Positions 1 to 17,553 are shown, numbered from the stretch's first letter. The stretch: 64,000 bases of DNA from the human T2T-CHM13v2.0 reference genome, Homo sapiens (GCF_009914755.1 NC_060941.1); one strand, 5' to 3'. The notes: generated by a model from the sequence alone, not told the origin. Translations and numbers: made by a program.

Positions 1-591
1 GCAGGGGAGAATGGTTTCTTAGGTATCCTGAAATGTGAGAGAAATTATATCCCGAGAGTCTTACAGGGAAGATCTGAATTTATCCTAAAAAGGTTATTTA
101 TTGGCCCAGCCCTAAAAACTTTAAAACAGGGGTAGAAATAGGACTAGTTCAGCAGATGTGCAGTGCCAGGCTGTTAGGTTTCCTTAACTCTTGCTCCAAG
201 GGTAGATCCTTTCTTCTGCCTGTACTTTCTTGGCAATTAGCAATGTGTCTGAATACAAAAAGAAAGCTTAATCCTTTCTTTCTGGGCAGCTGCATCCTTT
301 GAGTTACGGAAGCCCGGAGCTCTCTGGTGACTGATGGCAAGGTGGAACAATGGGTCAGACAGGGAGGTGAGAGCAGGGGTAGGACACTGACAGCAAAAAT
401 ACAAAGTTCTCCAGCTCCAGTGCCTACCCCAGTTATCAGCCTGTGCTAATGAAAAGTGACGACTCAGGAAAAGAAACTCTCAGCTGCCTTGGCCTCTAGA
501 AGAAATGGTTTTGATGGGGGTCGGGGAGCAGCAGGCTGGGGAATAGGATGAGGCTGCCAGCATGGCAGTAGCTCTGTTTAAAAACACCCTT

Positions 592-900
592 GGCCAGGCG
601 CGTGGCTCACGTCTGTAACCCCAGCACTTTGGGAGGCTGAGGTGTGTCAATCACCTGAGGAGTTCGAGACCAGCCTGACCAATATGGTGAAACCCCATCT
701 CTACTAAAAATACAAAAATTAACCGGGCGTGGTGGCATGTACCCGGCACTCAGGAGGCTGAGACAGGAGAATTGCTTGAACCTGGGAGGCAGAGGTTTCA
801 GTGAGCCGAGATCGCATCACTGCACTCCAGCCTAAGCCACAGAGCGAGATTCCGTCTAAAAAACAAACAAACAAAAAAAAAACAAAACAAAAACAAAAAC
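592..900 (+). mobile_element. AluS with small internal deletions and (CAAAA)-type tail
   Basis: ggccaggcgcgtggctcac start, A-rich linker, TSD-like AAAAACACCCT / AAAAACACTCT. Confidence 0.93.
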
Positions 901-1239
901 ACTCTCACAGGATGGGAAGAGCTAACAAAAGGAAAATAATTATAGCATTTTAGCCAACACTGTATCTGCTTAAACTCACATATAAATAGATCCTTAAGCC
1001 CTTCTCTACTCGGCATAGCCACTTTAACCTCATCCATGAGCAGGGACTTTGAGGGGGCAGGAGAATGTTTTCTGGTGAAGCAAAGAACCGCCCCCACAAC
1101 CAAAGCACCACACAAACTTACGAAAAAAACAAACAACAACAACAACACCAAAAAAACAAACAAACCCTGCTCAGTCCCTGGGGAAGAGAAAAGGCCAGGA
1201 TATGGAACAGGGAGGGAAGGGCTGCATTCAAAATCCCGT

Positions 1240-1860
1240 CCTACCCATACATTGTAAAATGGTACAACCACTTTAGGAAACAGTTGGGTGGTTTCTTTAA
1301 AAGTGAAACATACACTTACCATGTGACCCAGCAATCCCTCTTCTAGTTACTAATGCGAGAGAAATGAACACATGCATCCACATGATGATTTATATACAAA
1401 TGTTCATAACTGCTTTACTCATAATAGCTGCCAACTGGAAACAACCCAGATGTCCAAACACAGGTGAATGGCTACACAAACTATAACATATCCATATAAT
1501 GGAATATATTACTCTGCAATAACAAGGAAAGAACTATGATAGACGCAACAATATGAACGAATCTTGAAATCATTAGGCTGAGGGGGAAAAGTCAGAGGTA
1601 AGAGTAGAGTAGAAACTGTATGGTAACGTATACAAAACATGCAAATCTGATCTGTCATGACAGAAAGCAGATTGGTGCTTGCCTGGGGCCAGGGAAGGGG
1701 CATGACTGACTCAGAAGGGGCCACAGGGAACCTTTCAGGGTAACGGAAATGTTCTCTACTTTGGTTATTGTGGTAGGTATGCAAACATACAACAGTGCAC
1801 CTAAAATGGGCACATTTTGTTGTGCGTAAGTTAGACCTCAACAAAGTTGACTTAAGAAAT
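1240..1860 (+). mobile_element. Old L1M (L1ME-type) 3' end
   Basis: tgtaaaatggtacaaccacttt...gacccagcaatcc...ctggaaacaacccagatgtcc motifs of the L1 ORF2 end and 3' UTR. Confidence 0.85.
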
Positions 1861-3281
1861 AATTCCTTCCCGAGAGCCTGGCCTACGAGGTGCGGGCAAG
1901 CAGAGAGGCCTCCCTCAAGGCACTGGCGATACTGCCAAGCTGGAAAAACGGCTCGCTGGCAGCCTGGAAAAGGCCGTTCTCTGGCTCTTGATCCTTAAAA
2001 GGCTGGAATTTCTGGCTGAACAAGAAGGCCTGGGCCCAGTCCCCAGGGGGCAGCTTCTCCTCAGCTCTGGGCAGGGTGCCCGGCCACCCCTCACACAGGT
2101 GCTGGCTTGCTGCCCAAACACAGGACCAGGGGGCCTGGGCAGGCCCCCACAGCCCTGCTGGGGGAAGAGGAGGAGACCAGCCCGTAGCCAGCCCAGCCTC
2201 AGCCCCAGCAGCCTGTGGCTGGCAGGGCCTCTGCCTACACAGCAAGCTCTCAGAGTGGGGGGATGGGAGCAGCGCCCAGGCACCCACCCAGCTCCCCCAA
2301 CCCAGAGTGTCACCGGGGACCTTTACCCTGAATGGGGATGGTTTTAACAGCCCCTAGAGAGGGTCAGGGCATCTGTGACAGGACAGGGTCTGAGCCCCGG
2401 ACTTTCACCTCTCAGCCCAGTGCCCTTTTCCCCGCAGCAGCCTAAGCTCCCAGTGATTCTCTGGGGGAGGGATTTCTGATGGGGCTGGTTCTAAAGAAAA
2501 GCTCTCCAGGGCAGGGCCTGTGAAACCCAAGGACTGACTGCTGCGGGGGCTGGATAGCCTTTGGGGACAGAGGAGGGGAGAGGGTGGCAGAACCTAAACA
2601 GCTGCGGCCGCTGCTTTGTCCAAGGGCAACCCAGCCTCCCAGGTGTGGCCATCACCTCTGCCTCTGACCTGAGTCTCAGACCAGAGCCAGCTGAGGCCTG
2701 GGTGCTCCCTTCAGCCCCTTCTGGTTCTGCAATTCAAGGCCCAGTTAACCCCCTGTGGGGTCATAGAGAAGCTTGCAGAGGGTGAAGCCTGGGACCTGAT
2801 TCTGCTCACCCTGGACTCTGGCCCAGCCAGTGCCTTCTGGCAACAGGGACCCTCTGGGGTCCCAGGAGCCCTGGAACCTCCTCTGCTCCCTCTGGCTCTG
2901 TCTCCTGCCCCACCCCCTTCCCTGTTGCCACCTGCACCTGTTTTTCCAGCCTTGCTCAATCTCTCCAATCCACAGGCTGTTTGTTCCCAGGGGTCGCCTC
3001 CCCTTATCTCCCAGGCAGCTGTTGGCCATGGCCTGAAGGTACAGAATTCATTGTTAACTCTTCAGCTTCCCTCACACACTCCACCCCCAAAAACCATAGC
3101 AGCAAAGAGCACCAGGGAGGGCCCAGGTTTGGGGTCTGGGGTCTGGCCCTCCCTGCTGTGTGACCTTGCCTCATTGTGTGACCTTGAGCTGGTCACTTAC
3201 CCGCTACACTTCTGTTTTCTCATTGGTAAAATGAGAGCATTTTACCTTTTTATTACCTCAGCTCTGTACCTCTTCCCCCGC

Positions 3282-3328
3282 CACACACACACACACTCAC
3301 AAACTCTTTCTCTCTCTCTGTCTCTCTG
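3282..3328. repeat. (CA)n/(TC)n microsatellite
   Basis: Directly visible. Confidence 0.85.
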
Positions 3329-3369
3329 TTCTTAAAATGTAGGGCTATCAAGTAACACTCATCCAATAA

Positions 3370-3672
<303 letters not shown>

Positions 3673-4276
3673 AGGAGCTGATTTTGTATGAAGCAAAACT
3701 AATCAGAGCTTCTGAGCAGCATGTCCTGGTTTTGTTTCATACAAAACAGAATCCTGAATGAGTAATTACTGAATAAATGTACATTTATCATGTCCCTCAT
3801 AATTCCAGCAATGAAACTTGACATTTTAGTTAAGCCAGTGTACCCTTCTCACAGATAAATATTCTATTTTCTGTTAGGATTTTATAAAGATAAAAAACAG
3901 CAACAGGTCTCTTTCTCCCTGCTCTTTTCTGATCTGGGGTGGGGTGTGGGGAGCCAGGAACAGGTGATCTTCCAGACCCCTTGTATTGCTGGGTTAGGAG
4001 GCCCACGTGTGTTCCATTGGCGAATACACTAGTCAATCATTAGGCCCATCATCAGTCCCACCTACCAATGCCTGGCCCCCATCAAAGACCAGTACAGAAT
4101 AGAGAAGGGCCAGCAGGACCGGGGCAGAAAACCCTGCTCCCATCACAAACCCTTCTGCCTCTGCCCGCCCAGCCCACAATGAACACCAGAATTCAGAGCT
4201 ACTGCCAGTGGAAATGGGAAGGGACCACCTCTGTGAGCACTTTAGGATTTCTCCAAGGGATGAGAAAGACTGGTTA

Positions 4277-5920
<1,644 letters not shown>

Positions 5921-6019
5921 TATCATTACATTTATATTGTCATTATGCATGTCTGGCATTGACAGTTGAGTCAGCCACTGTGCTCAGTGTACGAGTCAGA
6001 AGACATGCGTCTTCAAAAC

Positions 6020-6159
6020 AGTCCCAACGATTAGCCCCATTTCACAGATGAGGAAACTCAGGCTCAAAGGAAATTGATTGCTTGCCCTGGGTCCCACTGC
6101 TGGAAGGAGGCAGAGTTGAAACTTGACCCCAAGTGCGGCTGATTCTAAAGCCTGTGACT
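6020..6159 (-). mobile_element. MIR
   Basis: cccatttcacagatgaggaaactcaggctc core. Confidence 0.75.
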
Positions 6160-6466
6160 CTTTGTTTTTGTTTTTGTTTTAAAGACGGAGTCTTGCTGTG
6201 TTGCCCAGGCTGGAGTGCAGTGGCATGATCTCTGTTCACTTCAACCTCCGCCTCCTGAGTTCAAGCGATTCTCCTGCCTCAGCTTCCCAAGCAGCTGGAC
6301 TACAGGTATGTGCCACCATGCCCGGCTAATTTTTATAATTTTAGTAGAGACGGAGCTTCACCATGTTGGCCAGGCTGGTCTCAAACTCCTGACCTCAGGT
6401 GATCTGCCTGCCTCTGCCTCCCAAAGTACTGGGATTACATGTGTGAGCCATAGCATCTGGCCCAGC
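6160..6466 (-). mobile_element. AluS
   Basis: Reverse dimer with (TTTTTG)n tail. Confidence 0.93.
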
Positions 6467-7714
6467 CAAGCCTATAACTCTTAATCTCTGTGTTCTCTCT
6501 GCAGCAGGGATGACGGCGCTCCTGGAGGCTGGCTGGGAAGCTGGTCAGGGTCCCAGGACTCTGACACCCCCAATGGCCCTTGTAGCCTTGGGGAGTCCTG
6601 TGATCCAAGGCTGGAGGACTGAGTCCCCTCCAGGTCTCATAGCAGACGAATAGCAGCTTCACCCAGGCCTGTTTTGTCGTGGCCCCATTCAGAGGCCGCC
6701 CTCCTCTGTGGTTTAGAGCATGCCCTGGAATCCCTAGCACAACCAGGTGACGAGAGTTCCCCGCTGGCCCCCTGCCGCGGGAACACAAAGTACCTTTGCA
6801 CATAACCTTTCTTTGTCCTCTGCTGGTGACGGCAAATAGGGCAGGCCCAGGGCAACGTGGTAAGGTGGCAGAAGTTTGTTTTGGACAGTGTTTGCAGCTT
6901 CTCTGTTCCCTTTCCACCAGGGGTTACCTCCTGCTGGCTGACCCCTTCCTGTGCTGCGGGCTGGAATATAGGGTTTAACCCTGTTATAACCCAGAGGAAC
7001 ACAAAAGGAGGAACATCAGGCTTTATGGAGAGACTGGAAATGAAGTGGAGGTTTTCCTTGCTCATGAAACCTGGCTCACCCTACAGGTAGTCCCAAAGAG
7101 AGCTTGTGATTTTCTTTCCCCTTTGGTCCCCCGACCCCTTCAGAGCTCTCTGGGAAGCTATGCTCTCTCACTGCTTTCCCTCCCCTGATCAGAGTCCCTG
7201 TGCCAAGGCTCCTGGATACTGGGGCTGGAAAACCTCCTGTCCCTTCCACCACTCCTGTGCCCTCCAGGGAAGGGGTCTGGGGTCTCGGGGCTCACCCCCA
7301 CCTGTGTGCCAGTCCCTGTGCTAGGCCTGCACAGACATCAGCTCGCTGATCACTACGAGAACCTCAACTCTTCTCCCCATTTCATGAGGACACCGAGGCT
7401 CAGAGGTGTTCGTGATACTCAAGATCACACTGCCAGAGCGTGAGTTACTGGGATTTGAACTTTGGTCCGTGTGGCTGCAAAGCCAGTGGCTGCTATGATT
7501 CTCTTTCCACTTGCTGCAGCCCACGTCCCTCTGGGCAAGTCTGACACCCTAGCTGCCCTCAACTGCCTGGCCCCGTGGCGTCCCAGAGGGCGAGGGGAGC
7601 ACAGGGACTGGGCACAGAGGCCAGCTGGGGTCAAGGCAAGGGGGCTGCCCAGCACAGTGGTTCTGCTCCAGAGGTGCAGTCAGACTGCCTGGGTTGGCTC
7701 ATGCCTGGGTCTGT

Positions 7715-7870
7715 CATTGTGGGCAGCGTGACCAGCCTAAACCTCAGTTTTCTCTTTTGTCACCTATGTGCTAAAAATACTTATTTCTGGAGATTCTTGT
7801 GAGGATTAAATGAGATCTTCCAAGCCAAGTGCTTTGCACAGTGACGCAGGGTAGGTGCTCAAGAAATTTT
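7715..7870 (+). mobile_element. MIR
   Basis: cctcagtttt...gtgaggattaaatgaga...gtaggtgctca. Confidence 0.65.
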
Positions 7871-8394
7871 GTTGTCTGCCTGTGGTCTGGGTGGGGGCAG
7901 GGTGGGGCTGCGATGGTGAAGAAATGACACAGAAACCCACAGGAAACTTCATCATCTAGATGGTACATGGATGGCACATTCAAGGGAAGTAACGAAACGA
8001 GAAGAAAAAACTTTTACATTTTGGCTGAGCAAAGGCAACAATATAATTACCATCATTTATAAAAACTGCCTCCCATTAATGTCTAATTCCCACAAAGCGC
8101 AACAATGATTATCTCATTAACTATGTGTCAGATTAACTTTGTTGCAGGTTTTATTTGATTAAAACAGTGAACTCACAACACGTATTATGCTCATTCTTCA
8201 TAGTTTGTGGTTTCTGGAGCATAGTCCTCTGTTGGCAACTTTTTCTAAATTAGAGGGCACGTTTCTGGGTAAGTTGTTTTTTAGAAATTTAGTTATCTGG
8301 AGTCCCAAAGCACCCAGGGTGGAGGGAAGGGCTCAGAGCTTCCTATTAGCTTCCACCTTTGGATTTGCTAAGGCCAGTGATGAAAGATGAATTA

Positions 8395-8732
<338 letters not shown>

Positions 8733-9817
8733 TTATTCGAATATTTTACTGTGTGCATTTGTATTACTTTTGTGACATATATAATTTTTTAATGTCTGGA
8801 AGCGGAAGATACTGTTTTTATTCCCTCCCCCTCCCCCTGGCCCCGATATATTGAAAACTCTAAAGTTGTTATATCCTGGATTCTGTTTCCTCCATGAGGA
8901 GAAAAGTTTGTTATCTGTCATATGCACTTAAGCACCTGATGTTTTTCTCATTTTCTGGTAGGTGGTGCAGACCCCTGTCCCCTCCTCCTCACCCCTACCT
9001 TAACAGGGAGAAGCTGCCTGTGGACAGCTCCCAGCTGCACAGGGAAATCGCTGAAGATTTCTAATAGGGAAGTGTCACACTTTGCCAACTCTGGAGAAGA
9101 CAGAATAATTGGCTGGAATCGCAGACCGGGTCAGTGGTACAAGAGAAGGCAGAAGCTCGGTGGGGAGGGGTTGGTTCCCCAGCATTTGGCTGGGCATCTC
9201 CCACAATGCCAGACCAGAATCATTGTATCCTGAGGCTCGGGCCATTCCGTGGCCCCCGGTCATCCCCAGGAGCTGGAGTATGTGTCTGCTGCACTGTGGG
9301 AGAGCCCCTGCACCCACACTGAACCCAAGGGTGACCCTTTCCCTGAGATCAAGTGATGTAGAGGCTCAGGAAGAGCCCAGCTGCAGTGCTCAACTCCACC
9401 AGAAGGGAAGGGGAGGGAAGGGGGCAACAGAAACCCCTGTTGTCATGCAGAAAAGGAAAGCTTGTCTGGGAAAGGGTGTCCGCACTGTCCTTTCCCAGGG
9501 CTGTGCAGACCGATGGTCTGCAGGTACAAGTACCAAGCAGAGAGGGCCTGCTCTGATTCACACTTAGCTCTCTGGGAGAGAGACAAGGGCAAGCTTGGAT
9601 CCTGGAGGACCAGAGAGAAAAGCCCCTGACCTAGGAGGTAGGAAGGGGAGGGCATTTATTTGTTCTATCTGCTCCTGATCAAAATGTAGTCTCCACATGT
9701 GGCCTGTGGAAACAGACCCCTCACCTCCAGCTCAAGGCTCCTGTGTACTGTCCTCCTCTAGTCCCTGTCTCTGTGGTCTAGCTACTTTGCCTCAGCCACT
9801 GGGCATCAGATCTGGGG

Positions 9818-10450
<633 letters not shown>

Positions 10451-10939
10451 GTCTGGCACTTTCCTTGTGCCCTCCACTCCCCACAGGGGAGGTCAGAGGC
10501 CTCCTCAGAGGCCCCTGTCCAGACCCCTTTGCCTTTCCCTGACCCAGGAGCAAATCATCCTTTGGGTCGGGGTGCCCATTTATGTTTCCTTATTGGACAG
10601 TGGGGAAGGCAAGACTCCTGGACTGGGCATCAGAAGGCTCTGCCACTCAGCCTGCTGTGTGACCTGGAGCAAGTTACCTCCCCTCTCTGGGCACTGGCCT
10701 CATTCTCTGTCAGATGAATTTTCATTAGATTTGTGACTTTCAAACTGTGGAACCTGTTTTTCCAAGGCAATCTCATGCCGAACCCCCCATGTATAAATCA
10801 CAGGAGAGTGGAGCTGCTCAAGGCACTGTGAGCTGCTGCCTCCAGCTCCCAGCCTGGAGAGCACTCAGTGGCCAGGCCCTGGAGCACAGAGGGTGAAAAC
10901 CTGGCACTATCAGTCTGCAACTCACATTTTCAGACCTAA

Positions 10940-11277
10940 TTTTCTTTTTTTTTTTTTCTTTCTTTCTTTCTTTTCTTTTCTTTTTTCTTTTTTTTTTTTT
11001 TTTTTGAGACAGACTCTTGCTGTGTCGCCCAGGCTGGAATGCAGTCTCAGCTCACTGCAACCTCTGCCCCTCTCCCAGTTCAAGCGATTCTCCTGCCTCA
11101 GCCTCCTGAATAGCTGGGACTACAGGCGCCTGCCATCATGCTGGCTAATTTTTGTTTTAGTAGAGACAGGGTTTTGCCATGTTGGCCAGGCTGGTCTCAA
11201 ACTCCTGACCTCAGGTGATCCACCCGCCTCTGCCTCCCAAAGTGCTGGGATTACAGGCATGAGCCACCATCCCGGCC
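10940..11277 (-). mobile_element. AluS with long T-rich tail
   Basis: TSD ACCTAATTTTCT. Confidence 0.93.
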
Positions 11278-11329
11278 TCACACCTAATTTTCTAAACCTG
11301 CAAATGACACCGTAGGTTGCTTATGGGCC

Positions 11330-11600
11330 CGTGTACATAGTAAAAGTATGAAAACATGCATAGGAAATGTGCTGGTTTCAAGTTAGTGGTCTCCTCTGAT
11401 GAGGGAGGAAGAAGGATGGGCTAGGGATGTCACTTCCGTTCTATTGCCAAAATTTAATTTTTTGATTGAAAGAGACCTAAAGAGAATAGAGTGAAATATT
11501 TACATGTGTCCAAATTTAGTGGTGGGTTTGTGGCTGAGATATTACTCTGTACTTTTCTGTATATTTGAAATATTTTACAACTTTAATTTGAAACTTTAAG
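11330..11600 (+). mobile_element. Old L1M 3' UTR fragment
   Basis: ctctgtacttttctgtatatttgaaatatttt terminal motif. Confidence 0.6.
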
Positions 11601-11640
11601 AAGGACAAATAAATATAATCTGGTCTCACCTTAGGCATAG

Positions 11641-11973
<333 letters not shown>

Positions 11974-12834
11974 AGGCATAGAATATTTTTAAACGGTCAA
12001 GTAAAATGTAACTTTCCCTCCCCACAACACACTTGGTAATCCCTAAGACCCCCCACCGCCCCGACCATCTCCCTGCTCTGGTAGTTCAGGAATGTAGGCG
12101 CTCAATTGACCAAGGGTCAGGAGTTCTGAGGAAGCAGACAGCAGCTGAGCATTTATTCAATAAGTATCAACTCTACCTTTGGGGTATCAGGTATGTGGGG
12201 GTCCCAGAGAATTGAGACCCAACCCTGGTTCAAGAGGAGCCTGAGATGGGTGAGACCTTTCATGGTTAACCTGGCCTCAGGGATGGCTGTGAGGGGCCGA
12301 GGGAGGAGGAGGGATCTGCACCTCTCTGGCTCCCATGCCCCCAGCCTGCGGTCTCTGGGTGGAGGGAGGCCCCTCCTCTCCATCACTCACTGCTCTTTCC
12401 TCTCCTATCGCAGCTTGACTCTCCAATGCACTGCGGATTGCCTTGGGCCCCTCTGGTCGAGTTTTGGGGGGCTCAGCTCACCCCTCTGAATGTGTGTGTG
12501 TTCTCCCCTGGGCCCCATTGCTGGTTCCTCCCAGTCACCGTTTCCCCCACATCCACTGATGAGGCCCCAAGCTCAGAAAGTTCAGGAGACCTGCCAGGGT
12601 CACCCTTCTGGGCTGGGCATGGCAGGAGGAGGGTTGTGGGAGGGCAGCTATGTACCAAGTCCAGCGAGGTTATTTCACCCCAGCAAACAGGTCCTGCTGG
12701 TTTGCCATTTGGAGAGAGTTTGGCCCCAGTTCCCATGGACTGGTTAAATGGTAACTTGTCTTCAGTTGTTTGTGGAAATGTGACAGGGCACAGGCCACCA
12801 GCTAGGCCGGAAAAGCCGTGTGAGGCCCAGCTAG

Positions 12835-13450
<616 letters not shown>

Positions 13451-16400
13451 AAGCAATACTTATTTTCCTTATTTTTATTCTAATAAGATTCCAGAATCTT
13501 CCCCTTTCACATGTCTTCCTAGCCAGATGAGTAAGAGCAAGGAGGAGTGGTGATGTTAATAACAGAGTGACACAGCCTTTGAGGGCCTTTCATTGGCAGA
13601 TTTCTTAACCAAGAGCAGCTGTGCCCATTTTACAGGAGGAAAAACTGAGACAAAGAGGAGTGAGGTCACTATGAGTCACTGGCCTTTCTGGCCTAACTCA
13701 GACTAGGCTCAATATGGCTGAGCCAAAGAGACAGAGCAGGCTGGGGGTGGGGATGGAAAGAAACTCTGGTTCTTCAAAGAGAGTTGACTGTCCTTGCTGG
13801 CCTTAGACATCACCCCTTCCCTTTATTCAGTGCCTGCCTGATTAGAGCTGGACATACAGGATCTCATCTGCTCCCACAACCACCATCTAAAATAGGCAGA
13901 GCAGGTTTTACTTGCCCTGTGTTAGTTACAGACAAGGAAACAGAGTTACAGACAAGGAAACAGAGTCAGCAAGATTAGGAGCCTTGTCCAGTTCCACAGC
14001 TGGTCAGGCCCAGGGAGACCAGGCCGCTGGACACCAGCTCAAGATGCAAGCTTATCTGCGATTCCCAAGCTTATACCAGGCCTGACTCTGTTTCCAGCGA
14101 AAGAACCCCAGGACATAATGTTTCTGAGCTGAGTGTTAGATGGATCAGGGGCTAAGGATTTGGGAGGACCTTTCTTGAAATTAACAGCTGCTTCGAGAGT
14201 GAGGCTTCCGACCCGCCCTTTCTTTATTTCCTCTGGGCCTGGTTTGGCAGACCTCCACCCCCAGCCCACAATCCCAGGTGGACAGAGGTAGTTCTCTCCA
14301 GCTTTTGGAGACCTCGGGGAGGAAGAAGCCTCGCTCACCCGCTCCTAGACAGTGTGTGTGAGCCCTCAGGCACCCAGGGTGGGCAATGCTTCCCAGGCAG
14401 AGAGGGCGTGCAATGCAAGTGAGGTGTCCATTAGACAGACCCAGGGCACTCCAAGCCCCATAGAGTGACTCACTTTCTTTCTTGGCACCCCCAAACGACT
14501 CTACCTTCCTCAGCAGGTCTTGTGAAGGTGCAGTGACACAATGTGCATGAAAGAGGCTCGAGCAGGACCTGGTGCACAGTAGGTGCTCAACAGCTCCGCC
14601 CCGCCCCGCCCTGGCCCCCCGCCACAGCTTCCTGTGCCCCTGTGCTGTGATTTCAGCCTCAGAGGAATGGAAGACCCCAGGATTTCCCCAGGAGGGAGTC
14701 TGGCATCCTCGCCATCGTGGTTGGCTCCTGTGCTCACCCATCGAGGCCACTCAATGCTGCGCTGGGGTGGGAGATTCTTTATTGAGGAATCTGCAGAGGT
14801 CGGGGGAAGGCAGGAGCCAGGGCCACAGGGGAGGCCGGCCAAGGACAGCTGCCCACAGCAGGCCACAGCTGGGGCCCTCCCCACACTGCATGCTGGCTTG
14901 TTTTTCATGCAAAACCATGTTATGTAAATCAGTGCTGGGTTGAGCACACTCAAGTCAGAGTCAAGAATTGGGTCCCCCACCGCCCATCCAGGGTGTCTGA
15001 AGGCCTAGGCCAGCATGCCCATTATTCAGCCAGAGCAGGTGGCCGAGCCAGCTGGGCTCGTCCCCAAATACTTTCAGGGAGGGACGCTAGGCCTAGGACC
15101 CGGGGTCTACAGCCCTGAGGGGAGGGGGCAGAGGATGCAGCCTTGGAAAGCCCAGTACCTGGTGAGTAGGGAAGTGTCCTCCCAGGTGGTTCCAACCTTT
15201 AACCCAATTCCTCTGTCTTGGAGGCAAAGGGAAAGGACGTGGCTGATCCCCGCAGAGCCCAAGGCCAGCCACCATCCTTTCATGGAGCCAGGCAGCTTCG
15301 AGAAGCCACTGAGGCTCCTTGTGCTCCTTGTGTGGGCACAAAGTGTGGGCTTCTGGAGGGGGTCCTTGGACCTCTATCTCAGCAGGGACATTCCTCCTCC
15401 CCCCGCCTTCCAGACCTCCTGCTCCAGATGCCTGGCTTCTCCAGGGCACCCCGATGGGTGGCTCTGCCACCCCAGGACACTGGACTGGGGCCACCCTTAC
15501 AGAACCGGTTCGAAGCCAAACAATGGCACGTCACAGTCCAGCTGAGCCGGAGGCCTCAGCAGGGTAAGTACAAGTGAGGCTGTGGCCAAGAGGGGCATAG
15601 GTGCCAGGGACTCAGAGGCGGGCGCGCGCAAGTGCCAGCAAGCCCTCACTGCCTAACATGGCAGCCCCATGGCTTCCTCTCTTCCCCGTGACCTGACTGC
15701 AGCTTTGAGGACAGCACTTGCCCTCCCCTCCCAGGCAGCGGGCCCCTTCCCTGGCCCCAGAGGTGAAGGAGGGCGACTTCCCCAGGGAGAGGAAGCAGAA
15801 TGACGGCCTGCAGCTTTCCTGCCGCGGGAGGGGAACTTCAGGTCAGAATGGCCGTCTCAACCTCATGGAAGCCTCCCTCTGGACTGACGAGTGACCGCTG
15901 TTGTGGTGGGAGGTCCACCTTCCCGCAAAGGGAGCCAAGAGCCCAGAGGGGTCACTTGGGCCCAGGGAGGGTGGGACACAGACGTCTGGGTGGAAGTTGG
16001 ACAAAGTCTGGCAGAATGGGGCACCAGGGCACAGTAAGACCCTGGCTGGGACACTGAGTGGGGACAGTCCCCAGCAATTCCCTTGGAGATAAAGAGCCTG
16101 CGGCAGGTCCCAGATCCTGACAGAGGACAGACAGGAGGGGACAAGCTGGTGGTGGGGGTGAGCTGGCTAGGCAGAAAGCTCTGTGGACACCTGAGGCCTC
16201 CTCCTGGAATTGCCCCAAGCCATGTGGCTAAGGCCTAGGGAGACCCTCACCATGTGGGGTGGGGTGGGGTGGGGGCCCCTAGCCAAAGCTGGGAAAAGGC
16301 AGAGCCTTCAGAGAGCCTCCTAGGGACAGCAGCAGAGAGGAAGCCTTCGAGGCCTTTCCAAGCTCCCCGCTGCCCGGCTCTCCTCCTGCCCAGCACACCG

Positions 16401-17553
16401 TGGGTGGACTCCAACCTACAGCTTCACTGATCTCAGAAGGTCCCACCCTCTCCCGCCTTGTGCTTCTGACTGTTTATTTCCTGCAGAGGAGTCAGTGTTA
16501 CTGCCACTGAGAACAGAGATGGCTCCACCCAGAGGGCCCACCCTTGGGGCACAGGGGACCCTTGCCCATACCCCCTGCACCCTGGCTCCATCCTAATGCA
16601 GGGATATGAGCTTGGGCCTGTGTCACAGCTGCTTCCTGGGCCTCTGAATCCTCATCCTTGAGCTGAGGGTGTGAGACCGGAAAATCCAAGCCACCATCCA
16701 GCCCCAATGTCTCCCCATCCCATGACTCTCTTCCCCAAATAACACATCTCCCCAAATACCTCTCCTCCTCCCCAGTGAGAGGAGGCGCAGGGGAGGTTGT
16801 TGGATAACTGTGCCTTCTCCTCCCCGAATCCCAGCCTCTCCTTCTGGATCCCACACCCAGGGGCCCAGCAGTCACGGGGCTCAGGGTGCTCCCCAGCCTT
16901 TACAGTTTACCCATCCCTGCACAGTAGCCATGATTTCATTTCCTCCTCACTGCAAGGTAAAGATCATTAGTTCTCTTTTATAGGTGAAGAGACTTAGACT
17001 CAGACAGACCCTGTGTCTTGCTCAAAGTCACCTGGCCAGTCAGGGGTAGGGCTGGGTTTCGAACCCAGGGGCAGGCCCTCTCCGCCCCCCGGCATCGGTG
17101 CAGAGCCCTGGGTCGCCCTCCTCCAAGGTCGTTGTGGTGTGAACAGCCAGGCGCCTTCATGCAGGGCCTGACTGCAGCCGCCAGAGCCTGGTGATGTCAG
17201 CATTGCCATGGAAACCCTTCCCCGGGCGTCGGGCAGGACCAGCCTCCCCAGCGCAGTTTCCCTTTGTGTGGACTTTGCAATGCGTTGCCAAGGCAGTGGG
17301 GCCTGCTGGGCGGGTTGGCATGGGGTGGGGAAGGCAGACAAAAACCCACACTGCAACTGGCAGCTCACAACAGGGCCCACGGTGCTTGTGGGAGGGAGGG
17401 GCTGCAGGCTGGTGGCCTAAGGCGTGAGAGTCGGTGGGCAGGGGGTTACCCACACACCTGCTTAGGACCCCCATCTGGCAACAGCCTTTTGGCGTCTTTG
17501 GTGCTATTTTGGGGTCCTGCTGCCTAAGAATCACCTGGGCCTGGGTGTTGTGA

